A stretch of DNA of 64,000 bases from assembly GCF_032062105.1 (NCBI RefSeq), contig NW_026929586.1:186001-250000 (forward strand), in the 5' to 3' direction. Source of the DNA: Saccostrea cucullata (Eukaryota). A program made the translations under genes and the position numbers. Positions 11,801 to 25,800 of the stretch are shown here, piece by piece. The notes beneath the pieces are model-generated. The model ran no database searches. It was given only the letters and a program-made list of their open reading frames with translations, and had not been told where the DNA came from. Position 1 is the first letter of the stretch, and the number at the start of each line of letters is the position of its first letter.

Positions 11801-14800
11801 ATGGTATATGCTTTTGAGTTTCTGGAATGCATACATGTACGTAGGTGCAAGTACTTTATGTGCACTGACGGTTTTAGCTCAGAAAGGAGCAGTTAAGTGT
11901 CTTCGTTTTCGGAAGTCTTTATGAAAAATTTATTTTGAGAAAATTAATATAACTTCAAGAGTTTCTGATTTTATTTAACTTTTTAAAAATAACTTGCCCT
12001 CCTTCAAATGTGATCACAAATCTACTGTTATTTCTACATGTAGAATTCCTTGTTTTATATTACCTGCCGTTGCAACAGCAATCACGGGGTCACTTTCACC
12101 GAAACTGTTGAAGGCTCGAACACTGACAATATAGTCGTGGTTTTGACCTGAATGTAAACCATTGTTTTACATAAAAGGATTTTATTTGTTTTAGGTTCAA
12201 TGATAAAAGAATTAACCATCGAAAATGAAAATACAGTCAAAATTACTTTTCAATCTACATTTTTTTGTTCTTACGGAGTTTGTGAATAGTGTACTGGGTT
12301 TTGCTTGAATCAAGGATTTCTCGGTACACCTCGGGAATGAACCTTCCATATCCTATGATATAACCATTAACAGGAACATCGGGATTCTTCGGTCTTTTCC
12401 AATCTAACGTAATCCCATAACGCACTTGTTTTGTCGTAAAATTTTCTGGCCTCTTTGGAGCTTCTCTGATTACTGCATAGAAGAATAGAACTCGGATAGA
12501 AATATATTAAATAACATTTAATATAAAAAAAAATAAATATTAAATATTAAGGTAAGCAAATGCAGAAAAAAAAATACCCGGAAGTGCCATAGTTTTACGA
12601 GTTAGCCATGTTGTAAAAGGTCCAGTTCCGTTACTGGTCGAGGCAGCCACCCTCATATAATAACTCGTACCAGGTAATAGATCTGTGAGGGGAAAATAGA
12701 GTTTGGTCATCAAAAAAATTCAAACAAATTTTAATTCAAATTTCAAAGAAAAAACACATATTATAATACAGTAAATATAACTGGTTGCGGATAATAAATC
12801 TTTGAGCGGAAACACTTGGCATACCTCTAATGACCACTTCAGTATTGTTGCTATACTGAATCGAGTCCCTAGTTTTGTCACCTGATCGGAACCCAACAAC
12901 ATACTGAGTTATCTCCCCATTCCTCTCTCTTTCAGGTGGAGGGTTCCATTTTAAAGCTATTTCCTTGAAGTGAATCAAATGAGTTCCTTTCATTATTTTC
13001 ATTTTTTTTTAATTTGATGCTAAATCTCTTAAATATTCTGCAAAGTTTCTTCTTTATTTGAAAGTCAAATTTTATTGAAAAATATCATATTAAATTCAAC
13101 TAAAAACGATCGTTTTTATTGACATTGATAACATTGTATATCATTATATTTGCTATAAAAAGATTCTTACCGTGTAATTTACATTGGTCACGGTAAGATT
13201 CTGCGGGGGAGCGGAGGGTGCCCCTGTAAACGTGTTGACAACAATAGACGAATCATTTCCGACCTCCTCATTAAAATAGGGAATCACGGAAATAGAATAG
13301 GACTCCGCGCCACGGAGATCGGTTAAAACATAGTTATTATAAGAGGGCCCCAGCCATAAGTCGACAATGTTCGAATCGTCATACTCTTGTGGTCGGTATC
13401 GAAGGAGGAAGCGAGTTAGACGATTATTTGTTGGAGGGTCCCATTGTACGAGAATAGAACTGGAGGACAGGGGCTTCCCCTCCAAATTACTTATAGCACC
13501 CATGGGTCTTTCTTCGTCTGAAAGTATATTTTTTATGAGAAGATGTGATTTAAGGAAAAAATAATTCTAAAGCATAAATTCTTATTAACTCTCTGAAATG
13601 TCAAAAGGCAACACTAATATATAAGATTCTTAAAAAATTATTGTAAACTTTTTTGAGGTAAATTTTATTATGACTACATGTTTTCGTTTTAACTTGTAAC
13701 AAGAGTTTCTCTTCAAATAAAGATTATACCTGTAAAAACTACCTTTACCTGTTAGGGGTTTATAAATTCTCAGGATTGGATCACTCGCCCCTGCGTTATT
13801 TAAAGCAGTCAGGTAAACCGCTACTTCTTTTGTGTCATCTGAAATATATATGAAGGCTTTTATACATGTATCTTTTCTTTGACAGTACAATCATAAACAA
13901 AATCAGTTTTCGGTCGGCAGGAGATGCTCACTCCTCTATGGCAGCCGATCCCACCTCTTATGTTTCGGAGCCCGTGTTTGCTCTAGACCTGCTCCTTTTT
14001 TGTATTGTTTAATGGACTTTTTCAAGAGCTGTAATACTGTTCGCTATCTCTATATGTTTCATTGTACAATGGAAAAGAAAATTGATGCACGTGAAAGATA
14101 ATTCCGTTTTATGTATATCATGTCGTTGAAAAATAAATTTAATATTATTGTTCCGACTACAGGCTGTTCACGTTCATATCAATATTAATAAAACTTCCCT
14201 CAAATCGATACAAGTTTATGTTACTAATTAATTCCCCCTACGGTATCTTTCAAATATGAGATTGTGAGACCTCTTATGCCAGTTCTAAGCGTTTCTAATC
14301 TAACTGAAACGTTTAACGTTTGTTGGCTATTCAGGAAAAAATGAAATGCCATAAAATGAAAAACGACGGATTGACATTTTTTACCAAATTGAGTCAGTGT
14401 AAAGTTGCGTCCCTTGTTGTCCAGTAGGTGTCGCTGTAAGATATCCCCCTGGTAAATGTCTAGTCGGTACTGTCTGACGTAGGTGCGGTACTCCGGGTGG
14501 GGCGGGAGCCACCGAATGGTCATCGCTGACTTATTGACCATCAGGAAGGCGTCTGCAGGAGGCGTGGGCCGCCTGTTCTCTGAAATAAGTGTACCATTTC
14601 CAAATGATTGACAGCTGTCTTTAGAGATTAAACATGCATGTGAAGATAAAGTTATCGCTAATTTATTAAGAATATCAAAATATCATGATAGTGTATTAGA
14701 TGTATTTTCGTCTCCCTCGCTTTTGAATGAAAAAAAAGACAAAAATACATGTATGGCATCTTAGGCTTACTAGTATTTTTTATGTCTCCTTTCTAATGAA

Positions 14801-16807
14801 GTAATAATTTCATTGAGCTTTTCAACAGTTTATTTACATTTACTACTGTTTGATCATTTCGCTTCAAAAATATAATAAGGACAATGTACCAACACTCTTG
14901 ACTTTTGTGTGATGTTTTGACAAGCAATATAAGTATGGCCTTAACGAGGCCGAGTCTAATTCGATTGCGCATGACTCTGCGCAGCTTTTTATTTTTCATA
15001 AAGTCATTTTAAGTGCGACAGTACACCTTTCCAGAATATTGTGACTTTGATTTAAAATTAACATTATTTGTAACGCCTACTGGTCTGAAAATGTGATTTT
15101 ACGACAATGATTAGGAAAAAACGCTGAAATGGGTCTAACGATGTCACTGTTTTCCAATTTTGTAAGCAATGCACGTCGCTGCAGAATGACACATGACTCG
15201 CTTATATGTTCGTAGATGTTCATATACTGAAAACTGATGACAGAACATCAAAAGAAACATACTAGCAATATAAATATTGCTATTTTTTAAAACCAATTTG
15301 GCAATTTTAGCTCTAGATATTATTCATCGAAAAAATGAACTTTGTAATGAAGACCTAGATCAACCTAGATGGTAACCCTTTTTTTTTTCAAATTTCACAA
15401 TTTGGTGACTTTTTACAATAACTTTCATATACTTCACTGAAACAGAAATCACCTCTAGGACAGAAATACAAAAATATGGAAAAAATGTGATAATTTAGCG
15501 CTATTTCAATCAACAATTTCCCATAGGGTTCAATAGTAAAATTTGACAAATATTTGAGATGGGCCCATAAGAAATCTTGGTAAACATGTGATTTTTTTTA
15601 ATCTTAACTCTTTACAACTTACTGAACTGTTATGCCACATACACTTAATGTTCACGTCATAGAAATAGAAATGTACCATTTCCCCGCAAGCATTTTTAGC
15701 GTGGTACACGTTTCTCTAAAGTAAAGCGCAAATAATAGTATGACGTAATATTTTTATACAAAATTAACTTTTCTTGTTTCTCAAGATTATTGCAAGTATA
15801 AAATAGAAGGAAATTGCCATTAAATTTAAGATTAAATGAACTTTTTAAAATGCGTGAAAATGCGTGATTGCGGGGAAACGGTATATGCGTGATTTTTTTA
15901 GGAAATGGTATATGCGTTAAAATGCAAACTGCGGGGAAGGGGGTTAAAACAATAAATATGACAGTAAAAATTAACTAACGCAAAATTATCAAAATCCCTA
16001 TACTAGGGTAGAAATAACTAGACTCGGCCTCCTTAATATCTTATTACGTCTTAAAAGTTAAAGTGTCCAAAACTTTTCCAATGACAATTTTTAGCACCGG
16101 TCTGATGCAGCAATGCTTATTTGTTTGGAGCGAGTCTAGAATAAGCGTCGTCTATGTGAATTTCAAACTACCGATATCTGTATTTTCTAATTACCTTTAA
16201 GCAGGGCCGCTGTATTTGTGTCCACTGATAAAATATGAGAAGATACTTCTTCCGTTCCGTAATCGGCGACAACTTTTATTTTATAGGTTGAATTCTTCCG
16301 AAGATCTGTGAAAAAAATATTAGACAGTGAAATCTATATTACTTTAATATTTTTACAACATTCCCCTAACTAGTAAAATATACAACTCTTGTACGAAATG
16401 AATTATGAAAATGTTGGACAATGAATTTTCAAGTGTATGGAATGTGTATATACTCCTTCTTGCCATTTTCAGAGATCTTTGATTCTCTGACTTTGATAGA
16501 AGCTATAATATGAGATCTACTTTCAGCTTGCTGTTAAATTATTTTTTAAATAAACAAAAACGTAATTTCCCATACATCACCTTGTAAAACCATTGTTGAT
16601 ATTGGAGGATAGGTCTTCCGTACACGGTATTCTCCGGCGTTTTCTCTCTTGTAGTAAACCTTCACCATTCCTGGTGGGGTGTCGCTATTTGAGGCCCAGT
16701 TTAAAACAATTGCCTATAAAATATTTTTTTTATAATTTATTATATTGAATGTCTTATACAAAAACATAAAACAGTGAACCATGTGCGCATAAATTCTGCG
16801 CATTCGC

Positions 16808-16838
<31 letters not shown>

Positions 16839-19800
16839 CTGTTGACTGTCGCTACGCGGGAGAGCATGGCTTCTTTATTCAGCGGTTAATAGTGTTTTCT
16901 AACAAATGTTTCTCGACCAATCAGATTCAACTAATTTACATGAAAGTATAATATTAGAAAGTGATCACAGTTTAGTAAGCATTCCTTACTAAAACAAAAT
17001 CGCTGTTTGTTATAGCATTTTTATAGTTTTCTTTTAAAGTTGTACGAGAAATGTGTAAAAGAAAAGTATTTGTACCGTATCGTTCCATGATAAAATGTGA
17101 AGCGTTGGTTTTGGCAATGCTTTTTCTGTCCTTACAAAAATGACGTCATTTCCGCTGGATTGTAATCCTTCAGGGGATACTGCAATAACGGAAATGACGT
17201 ACTCTGTGTTTTCTGTTAGATTTCTGAACACGTGTCTTTCCGATGCTTCTTCTTCACTTCGGTATTTCCCGAGGGTGTCTTTTATCGTTATTAAGTAGGT
17301 CACATTTAGATAATCGTGCTCGATCAGACTTTTCCATTCCACTTCAATTTTTCTAGAAGTTAGTGCTACTGCCGTTACATTTACAACAGGAGGTGGAATT
17401 GGGTCTATTAAAAAAAGATTTTTAAAATTGTTAAATAGTCAAAACGTGTTATTTCGAACTCGATTGCTCCGAGATATTATAAAATTTGCTGAGACAGCAT
17501 GTGAAAAATACGAAGAGTTATATGTTATGGCTTTTCATATCCAAAAACATTTCCAAAGGGTTTTTTTTCGAATGTAAAGGGTTATTGCATGTTAAACTTT
17601 AAACAAATATGTTTCTAAAGAAGGACTGAAGTATATAGATGTTACGGTTACTATTTTAAGTAACATGCAATACCAATAACGGTTATGTTGTGTTCCTTTT
17701 CTATGTATTCCAGGCCATTCTGTGCTTTACATACGGGGCTCTGGAAGTCCTCAGGAATATTGTAAAGCTCAAGTAGGGACAAATATTTGTCAAAAGTATC
17801 TTCCTCAAACTTTGTGGCTTCATAATCAGTCTAAAAATGAATAATGATAAAACGTAAAAATAATTAATTTAAAACGGTTTTCTGCCCTTACATCATTTTG
17901 GGCTATCAAAATAAACATCTGACGTCCTTATGATTTTTCTCCCATTCTATAACATTATATCACATGTAACACAACATGCAATAACATTAATTATGTATCC
18001 TTCTAAAGCATGTCTAAATTTAATTTAGTACAGTTCTCTGTTAACCTTGGACTTTCAGTTAGGCGTGTTAACCTCGACGTTACATACCCGTAATTTACAG
18101 AGCCTTTCATTCATCATACAAAATTTAAAAGAGACCTACAAACCCTTGTCCTATCACCCATTCAAACTGAGGAGGGGGCGTTCCTTGTACGATACAGCGT
18201 ATGGTCAGATTTCCACCAATCACAGCCACGTGTGGTCCTTCCGTTATAACTGACACAGGGACTTCATAAAAACAAAAATTAAAAGTTTAAAATTTCAAAT
18301 ATAACGGATTATCACGCCAGATAACCATTTTTTGTCCTGGGGAATACAAAGGACAAAAACGCTAAAATTAAAAAAAAACCCATTTTTTATTAAATATAAT
18401 ACAATGTATTTTATTCAAAATATTTGTCAGTTTACTTTATAAATTTTTCTCACGCAAATACTCACCATTTATAAATAAAATAGTATGAAATTAACTTCAA
18501 ATAATTCAATCGGCGTTTTACAATAAATATTAATAAGAAACATTATTAGGCATTTCTTTACGCAGAATGCACAAATTATAACGATGGACTATATTGACAT
18601 TTAGATAATATACAACATACCTGGAGTTGAAAACGAGGCTGAAGCCCTCCACATTCTTCTCTCTATGGAACTAACGCCTTGTACTGTGACATTGAACTCC
18701 TCACCGGGGTCAAGGCTGTACACCTCAAGGACGTAGGGGTCAAGGTAAATTTCTTTGTACACCTCCCTGATATACAGCTTATGGGAATCTGCCATTATAA
18801 TTTGATAAAAAATTTCTATTATTAATTAAATACTATACAAAAATATGGTAAAAATGCGGATTCACATAATGTATAATGTACTGTCACGTTTTTATTTATG
18901 GTTACACGTGAACTTGTGTTGTATTTTATTTATTAGGGGAATCACTCGCTTGGGGAAAGTTTAACTTTATTCCTTATTTGGACCGCTCTACACGTGGGGG
19001 TCAGATTTCCTACGGTGGCTGTAAAAATCCAAAGAATAAAGAAATAATATATTTTTAATTACTGGTGTTTATTATTTGAAATCGTCGATGAAAGTGTATA
19101 AATAATTTTATAAACAAACAGTCACCAGTTACAAATATAATTCAAAATATTATAAAAATATGTTTTAAAAATTTCAAATATAACAATTTAGGAAAAATCC
19201 CTCTGTAAATTGAAAATCTAAACTTGCATAGATATAATATAAATCTAAACCACTAATGTTTGTAGCATGAATTACTAAACAGAGAAAATTTGGAAATAAA
19301 ACATTATCTATTTTACACTTTTCTTTTAACTTTAATCATAGATCATTGAAGTGGAAACTAGTCCGAACTAAAATCATTTAAATATAAAGGTAATCATAAC
19401 AATCAAAAGCTTGTGTATAATCTCTAAAGTCATTTTACAGTTTACTTTTTTTTTCACAAATATTTTTACCTCCTTACATTAAAGAGCGCGCCATGAATAT
19501 AACTAAATTTAAATTTTTCTACATTTATTTGAGACTGTCGCTAAACCCGTTTATTACAATAAAACATACAACTATAAATCAAATACTAAATGAGTATGCA
19601 TAAAATATGCAACAATAAAATCAAATAATTCAATCAAATTTAGAATCAAGAAATAATTAAAAATACTTATCAATAAAATATTATATTTTAAAAATTTATT
19701 TATGAGCATAAAAAGAATTGCTTTAATAGAAAATGAAGCAATTAACTAAAAATTATATGATTTACATACCTGTAAAAATCCAAAGAATAAAGAAATAATA

Positions 19801-22800
19801 TATTTTTAATAACTGAATATACCTGAAAGTTGAAAACGAAGCTGAAGCCCTCCACTTTGGATTCAGGATTTTAGCCTCAAAATTTAGAATTTCTTAATGA
19901 ATAGCCGAAAGTTGTAAAAATTTTCCAAATAAAGATGATTAATTAAAAACAGAGTGATCACGTGACATAAAAATGACCGCCACGGTAATTGAGTAAACTT
20001 GAACACCTGGGCAAGGACCCTTAGGCCTTCTTAACAAAAAGACAAAATCACAAAAGAGATTAACACTATTACGCAATTATTTGATTATCATGCTTATTGA
20101 ACATCTGACTCTAAAAACTCATAGGTAAATACCAAAATACAATAGAAATCCATTAGCTGGACATGCCAATATTTGTAAAAGAAAGTCCTTTTTTTCATTA
20201 CAAAAACTGTTTTATATTGAATAAAAGGAAAAAAATTTGAATTCTTATAAAATAACTTTTTGTTAAATACTAATTATTCAAAGAATCTGTTTTCTTCTTA
20301 TACATGTACGAGTTTCTTTTCTTAAACAAAATACATATTTTACTAAATATAATGAAAATATATAAATTTATTGAATTTATTACAATTTTGGATTCACAAA
20401 TTTTTATTAAAATAGAAAACACCTAATTTTCTATTTTAATAAAAATTTGTGGGAAGACAGTACTCTGAGATTTCGATATTTTGCCATATTTTGTTGTTGA
20501 AATCATACCTTGAGTAATTTCCACCCTATAGGTAATAACTTCACTAGAAATATCATTCCACGAAATGTTTACTCCACCAGAAATCTGCACAACACTGAGG
20601 TTGAAAAGCTCTCCAGGACTCGCTTCACCAAAAATAAACAAAACACTATATTCTTTGCATTACTAATACATAACATAAAATAGGGGCTATTTGACCAATT
20701 ATATATACTGCATTGCGAAAAAGACAGAAATGACCCTTGAACTTGACAATATAATTTTAATAAATAATTATTTTAAAATGATTAAATACTGTAAGAGTTA
20801 TTTCCCTTATCAAAAGGTTAATCTTCCTTAAATTCCGAAGGACAAAATACAATTCTAAATACTCGTAAGTAATTTAAAATATTTGAATATTTGATGCATG
20901 GGACGATATTATTTAATATCAATTATTAACGACATAATTTACGGTTTACTTTACTTAACGAAGTCTTCATCAGTTTAACCAGACTTTTTTCTTACGTGTT
21001 GACGGCAGAGTAGTAGTAGTTTTAATGGATTCGTCATTAGGCCTATTTCGTTCTCCCGGAAGTTTAACTAGTCGCCATGGTGAGTAAGCTCCAGTTGTAT
21101 ATCTAGATCTCGCCGCTATCCTTATCTTGTATGATTCTCCTTTTATCAAATCTAAAAATTAAACCCATTTGATCATTACTTTGTTGAAAATCCCCTTTAT
21201 AGATAATACTTAAATTTTGATTTATTTGATACTTGTAGGTCGCTGATATGAAGCAATCTCTCACCAGAGGGCGTTTTGTAGCCCCGCTCCAATAGCTTTG
21301 CGAACCGCGCCCTTTGGTGAGAAATTGGATCTGAAGCTCACAGGCATAAAAAATGGAAGTACATTGTCATCCATGTAACAAAGTGAATATGATGAAAGAT
21401 TGTTTTATCTACATGTTTTCTATTTACTGGTTTGATTAAATTCTTTCATAAAAGTAAAATAGCATATAAAAATCTTAATATGTTGAATGTTTTCAATATT
21501 ATATTTTTTTAAATTAGTATTAACTTGTGTTTTGTATATGTACTCGTCCCTTTGAATTTATGTAAAGGAAATATACATCTGTGATGACGTAAATCAAATT
21601 GTTCAAATGACGTACCAGTTATGACGTATTGAGATTTCCAGGAACTGGCCACGGCTGAGCAAACATCCCCTCTCCGTACCCCTCGTCTTTTGTACTGGAT
21701 TTTATATCCTTCAATCTTACTGTCTTCTGTCTTTTTAGGTGTCCAGCTCACTCGTATTTTCTTTATAAAACAGTTTTTTCAAATAATAATAATTATTTAT
21801 AGTATTATTTTTTTACTTGTAACAAGGTCGATTCTTCACATGTAATAATTATTGTTCATTTCTTATTTCATTAATTTAGATTTTGAAATCGGAAAAGAGA
21901 AATATGATTTCTTTTTCTAAAAGATATTTTCTTCATATCGAGTAAATACGTTAGGTAAACAGTGAAAAAATGACCTTCATTTAAATCAAGTATTCGTGTT
22001 ATTCGTATTCGTTATAAACGTATTTTACTGTAATTTTACACTTACCGTGGTTCCTACAGCTTTGGCCTTCACACTCGTCGGCGGACTGACGTCAAAATCC
22101 TTTTGCGTCTTACAAAACAGCGTTAAAGCTCTGGAAACTTTTGTCTCGTACACAGCCTGTACTTTTAGTAAATACGTAGATCCCACTCTTAATCCTTTAA
22201 TGGAATATGAGCGTTTTGTTAAAAGTTCGGATTTTTTCGTTTGACCTTTTTTCCGCTTCCAGGTCACACGGTAACCTTTGAGATTCGATGCATCTTTCGG
22301 TTCCCGCCATTTTAGTTTAAAACTTGTTGGTGAGAGATATTTCACTTTTAAACCTCGTGGTTTTGGATAATTTGAATCGTCATCTGTAAAAAAAAAAAGT
22401 TCATTCTCAATTCAAATTTAAGTGGATTTCTAGACAATTTGAATTTTCAAAAAGTCTTTCATTTGTGAAAATCAAAAACAGCTAATATGCAGAGTGTCAG
22501 AAGCAAAGAATCTATCAGACTTTGTTTACCTACCATCAGTATATCTTTTCTCGACAACAGGTGGCGTAGATGTGGTCACGTGAAGAGGTCTGCTCCAATC
22601 GCTTAGCAACCAACCTTGTTTGGCCTTGACATAGAATATATATGTTTTGTCCTTGGTGAGACCTTGAACTTGTATTGAGTTTACTTCTGTTTCTGTTGTT
22701 ATTGTTTCAGAATCTAATCAAAAGGCAATGAAAGAGGTTACAATATAAATGATTGGTTGATTGATTGATTGATTGATTGATTAATTGATTGATTGATTAA

Positions 22801-25800
22801 TTGATTGACGGGAACAGTGTGATTATAAAAAGAATACCTTATCTGTTGATATAAAAGAAAATGAAACATTAAAATGTTTGAAAAACGTGTAGATGCACAG
22901 ATTAAAAAAAATAAACACTGAGATTTTATAAGGTCGTGAATTTCAAATACTAGGTTATTGCCAAGCTACATGCACAGTTGATCAGTTTATTAGTTAAGTA
23001 TTTTTTTTTCATTGAAACTGTTTCAAACCTGTGGGGTTTTCCCATTTTATGATATACAACAATGGTTTCCATGACTCTTTGTGATGTACTTCCTGCCACG
23101 TGAGATTCACGTTTCTTTGATCCGGATGTTGATTGTCAATGATGACCACTGCTCCGATATCTCTGGGGTAGACAGATATCTAAATGGGCCACCTGAACTG
23201 TCACAAACAACTGCAAAATAAGCATCAAAATTTCAATATACGTTTAATTTAATTTTATCCATTCTAATTTTGATACCATATATCCTGGTGAGCTTTAGCT
23301 GCAGTTCTGTAGCTCTCCGAAAAAATATATTGATAGACCAGAGAGCTACAGTGCCACCCATTGAAAAAACTGTATAGTTATTGCGCACAAAAAACTGCGC
23401 TCGGTTCTTGATAAATTCTTCCAATTAATTAAATTCTTACCTCAATTGCAATTACAGCGAAATTTAAAAAAAAAATCTTTCTCCTCTATCAAGTTCTCTC
23501 GTAGTGGACATCTGAACGAAGCATATTGGACCGAATTATCTTTGAAACCAAAATAGCAGTATACCTAAACTGTTCTATGATTACAATATCAGGGTCAGGA
23601 GGACTATTACCAACAATTATGAGGAATGTTTGGTTTTGGAAACAGCGAAAGAATATGTTAGGAACATACGGTTAGTAATATTTTGAGATCAGAGTTTTAA
23701 AAACATGGAGAAATATATCGAGAATCGAGTGCACTCTTTTGTGCGCAATAAATATAGATATAACTAGTTTTTTCAATGGGTGGCTCTGTAGCTCTCCGGT
23801 CTATCAATATATTTTTTCAGAGAGCTATACAGATCTGCAGCTAGGTGAGCTTAAGAGAAAAGATACCACAGAGTCTGACACATCTGTTTCATATTTGGAT
23901 ACTTTATTTGAAAAAGACGTTAATGGTAATCTAACAGCCAAGCTCTATTATAAACGTGATGACTTAACTTTTCTGTCGTCAGCTTCCCTTACTTACATGT
24001 ATGCAGCAATATACCTTCATCACCTGCATACGGAGTTTATATATCTCAATTGATCCGATACGCAAAGAACATGCGCTTCATATAAACAATTTCTAAACAG
24101 AGGTAAATTATTGACAAACAAGTTGATGAAACCAATATATCAGCCGTCTCGTTTAAAGTTATCATTTCGTAAGTTCTATGGTCGATACCATGACCTTGTC
24201 AGCAAATACAGTTTATCATTGAGTCAAATGCTGACTGATGTTTTTCATTCTAATTGTAAGTCCATTATTTATACACTGAATTGACGACGTATTTTTCCGT
24301 TATTTCCCGATCACGACAAGGAGCACACGGCGAGTCTCTCCTCAATGGCACTTGATCCCACTTGTGATGGTTTGGAGGTCCGTGTTTGCTCTGATCCTAT
24401 TTTGTATTGCTTTATGGACTTTTGATCTGGAATACTGTTCGTTATCTCCATATGTTTCATTCCCTCGGACTGTAACCTTGCACAAATATTGGCAACTGCT
24501 ACGTAGCTGTATTTCTGTGTTTAGCAAGTGTGATTACATGTACATCTGAGAACATTTAACCATCAATAACTGATGTTACTTTCAGTACTTTGATTTCCTG
24601 TGCCGAGTAACCTTTAATTTCGATTCATGTTTGCTAATTGAATAAACTGATTCAAGATAAAATAACGTAAAAAAGGACCGTGAATTCGGCATCATCCATT
24701 CCAACGAATTTCTTATATACACTCATCATTTAATTACCCATTAACCGAATTTAAAGAGGTGAACTTTAAGAGCACAATTTAATTGGTGCAGTAGAGATAA
24801 CCGCTGATAAAAAAAAACCTCTGATAAAATATTGACATTTGATTTGGAGGACCTAGCCCCCCCCCCCCCCCGAGTTCCCCCTCCCCGGCCCATCTTTGCC
24901 CATGCGTATAGTACAGGTACATGTATCGGGATATATATAAAAGTTCTACTACACAGGACTGCAGAACGAGACATTCTTATTTTATTGTGTAGTTAAAGCT
25001 GGATGAATTAATATTCTTATAATAACACACACAATTTTTTTTCCAAATTATCAACCGGCAATTTTAATAGGAGGCTGATTTGTCAACATGGGGTGCATGG
25101 AGGGTTTAGTAAGTTTAGGGTTTCTTTTGTCACATATCATTTATTAGGTTAAACAATAGGAAATAAGTTTACCTTTAACATTTCAATTCTATTTGAAATG
25201 CTATATATTGAATAGAATTGATCTTGCCTCCATTTTCAATGCCCGTTACAAAACCATTAATTTATTAATTTTCATAATACATATACCATGTGTATACCAC
25301 ATGTATACTGATTACATGCAAGTGTATTTTAAGCATGGTTGTCTTATCCCTCAATTTAGAGATCAGAGTCAAAATGCTATGAGATAAAAGCTATTAATCA
25401 TGTTAATCGTTGATCTTTATCATATTTTTTAAAAGTGTAATTCTTTTTCTAAATGGAGGAGGGGGTTAGAACAATAAAAATTCTTCCACTGTTCATTCGA
25501 CCTTGAACTTGATCAGTATGTACAGTAAATCTTGTCTAATCATGCCGTCACTGGTTTCAAAGAAATTGGTCAGATTAAACAATATTCCAGATTAAACAAT
25601 ATCTTTCACAAATAAATTAAATTATTGAAAAAGACGAAGTTTTCATCGTGTTCATTTAGACAATATTTTGGAAAATTCAACATGATCAACATCAGGATTA
25701 GAAGTGTATTGATAATAATTTCAAAAAATGTGGGGGAAAGTTAAAAAATTACATGATCCTAGTATTTTAAAATGAACACACGTACGTTTATGCATTAAGC

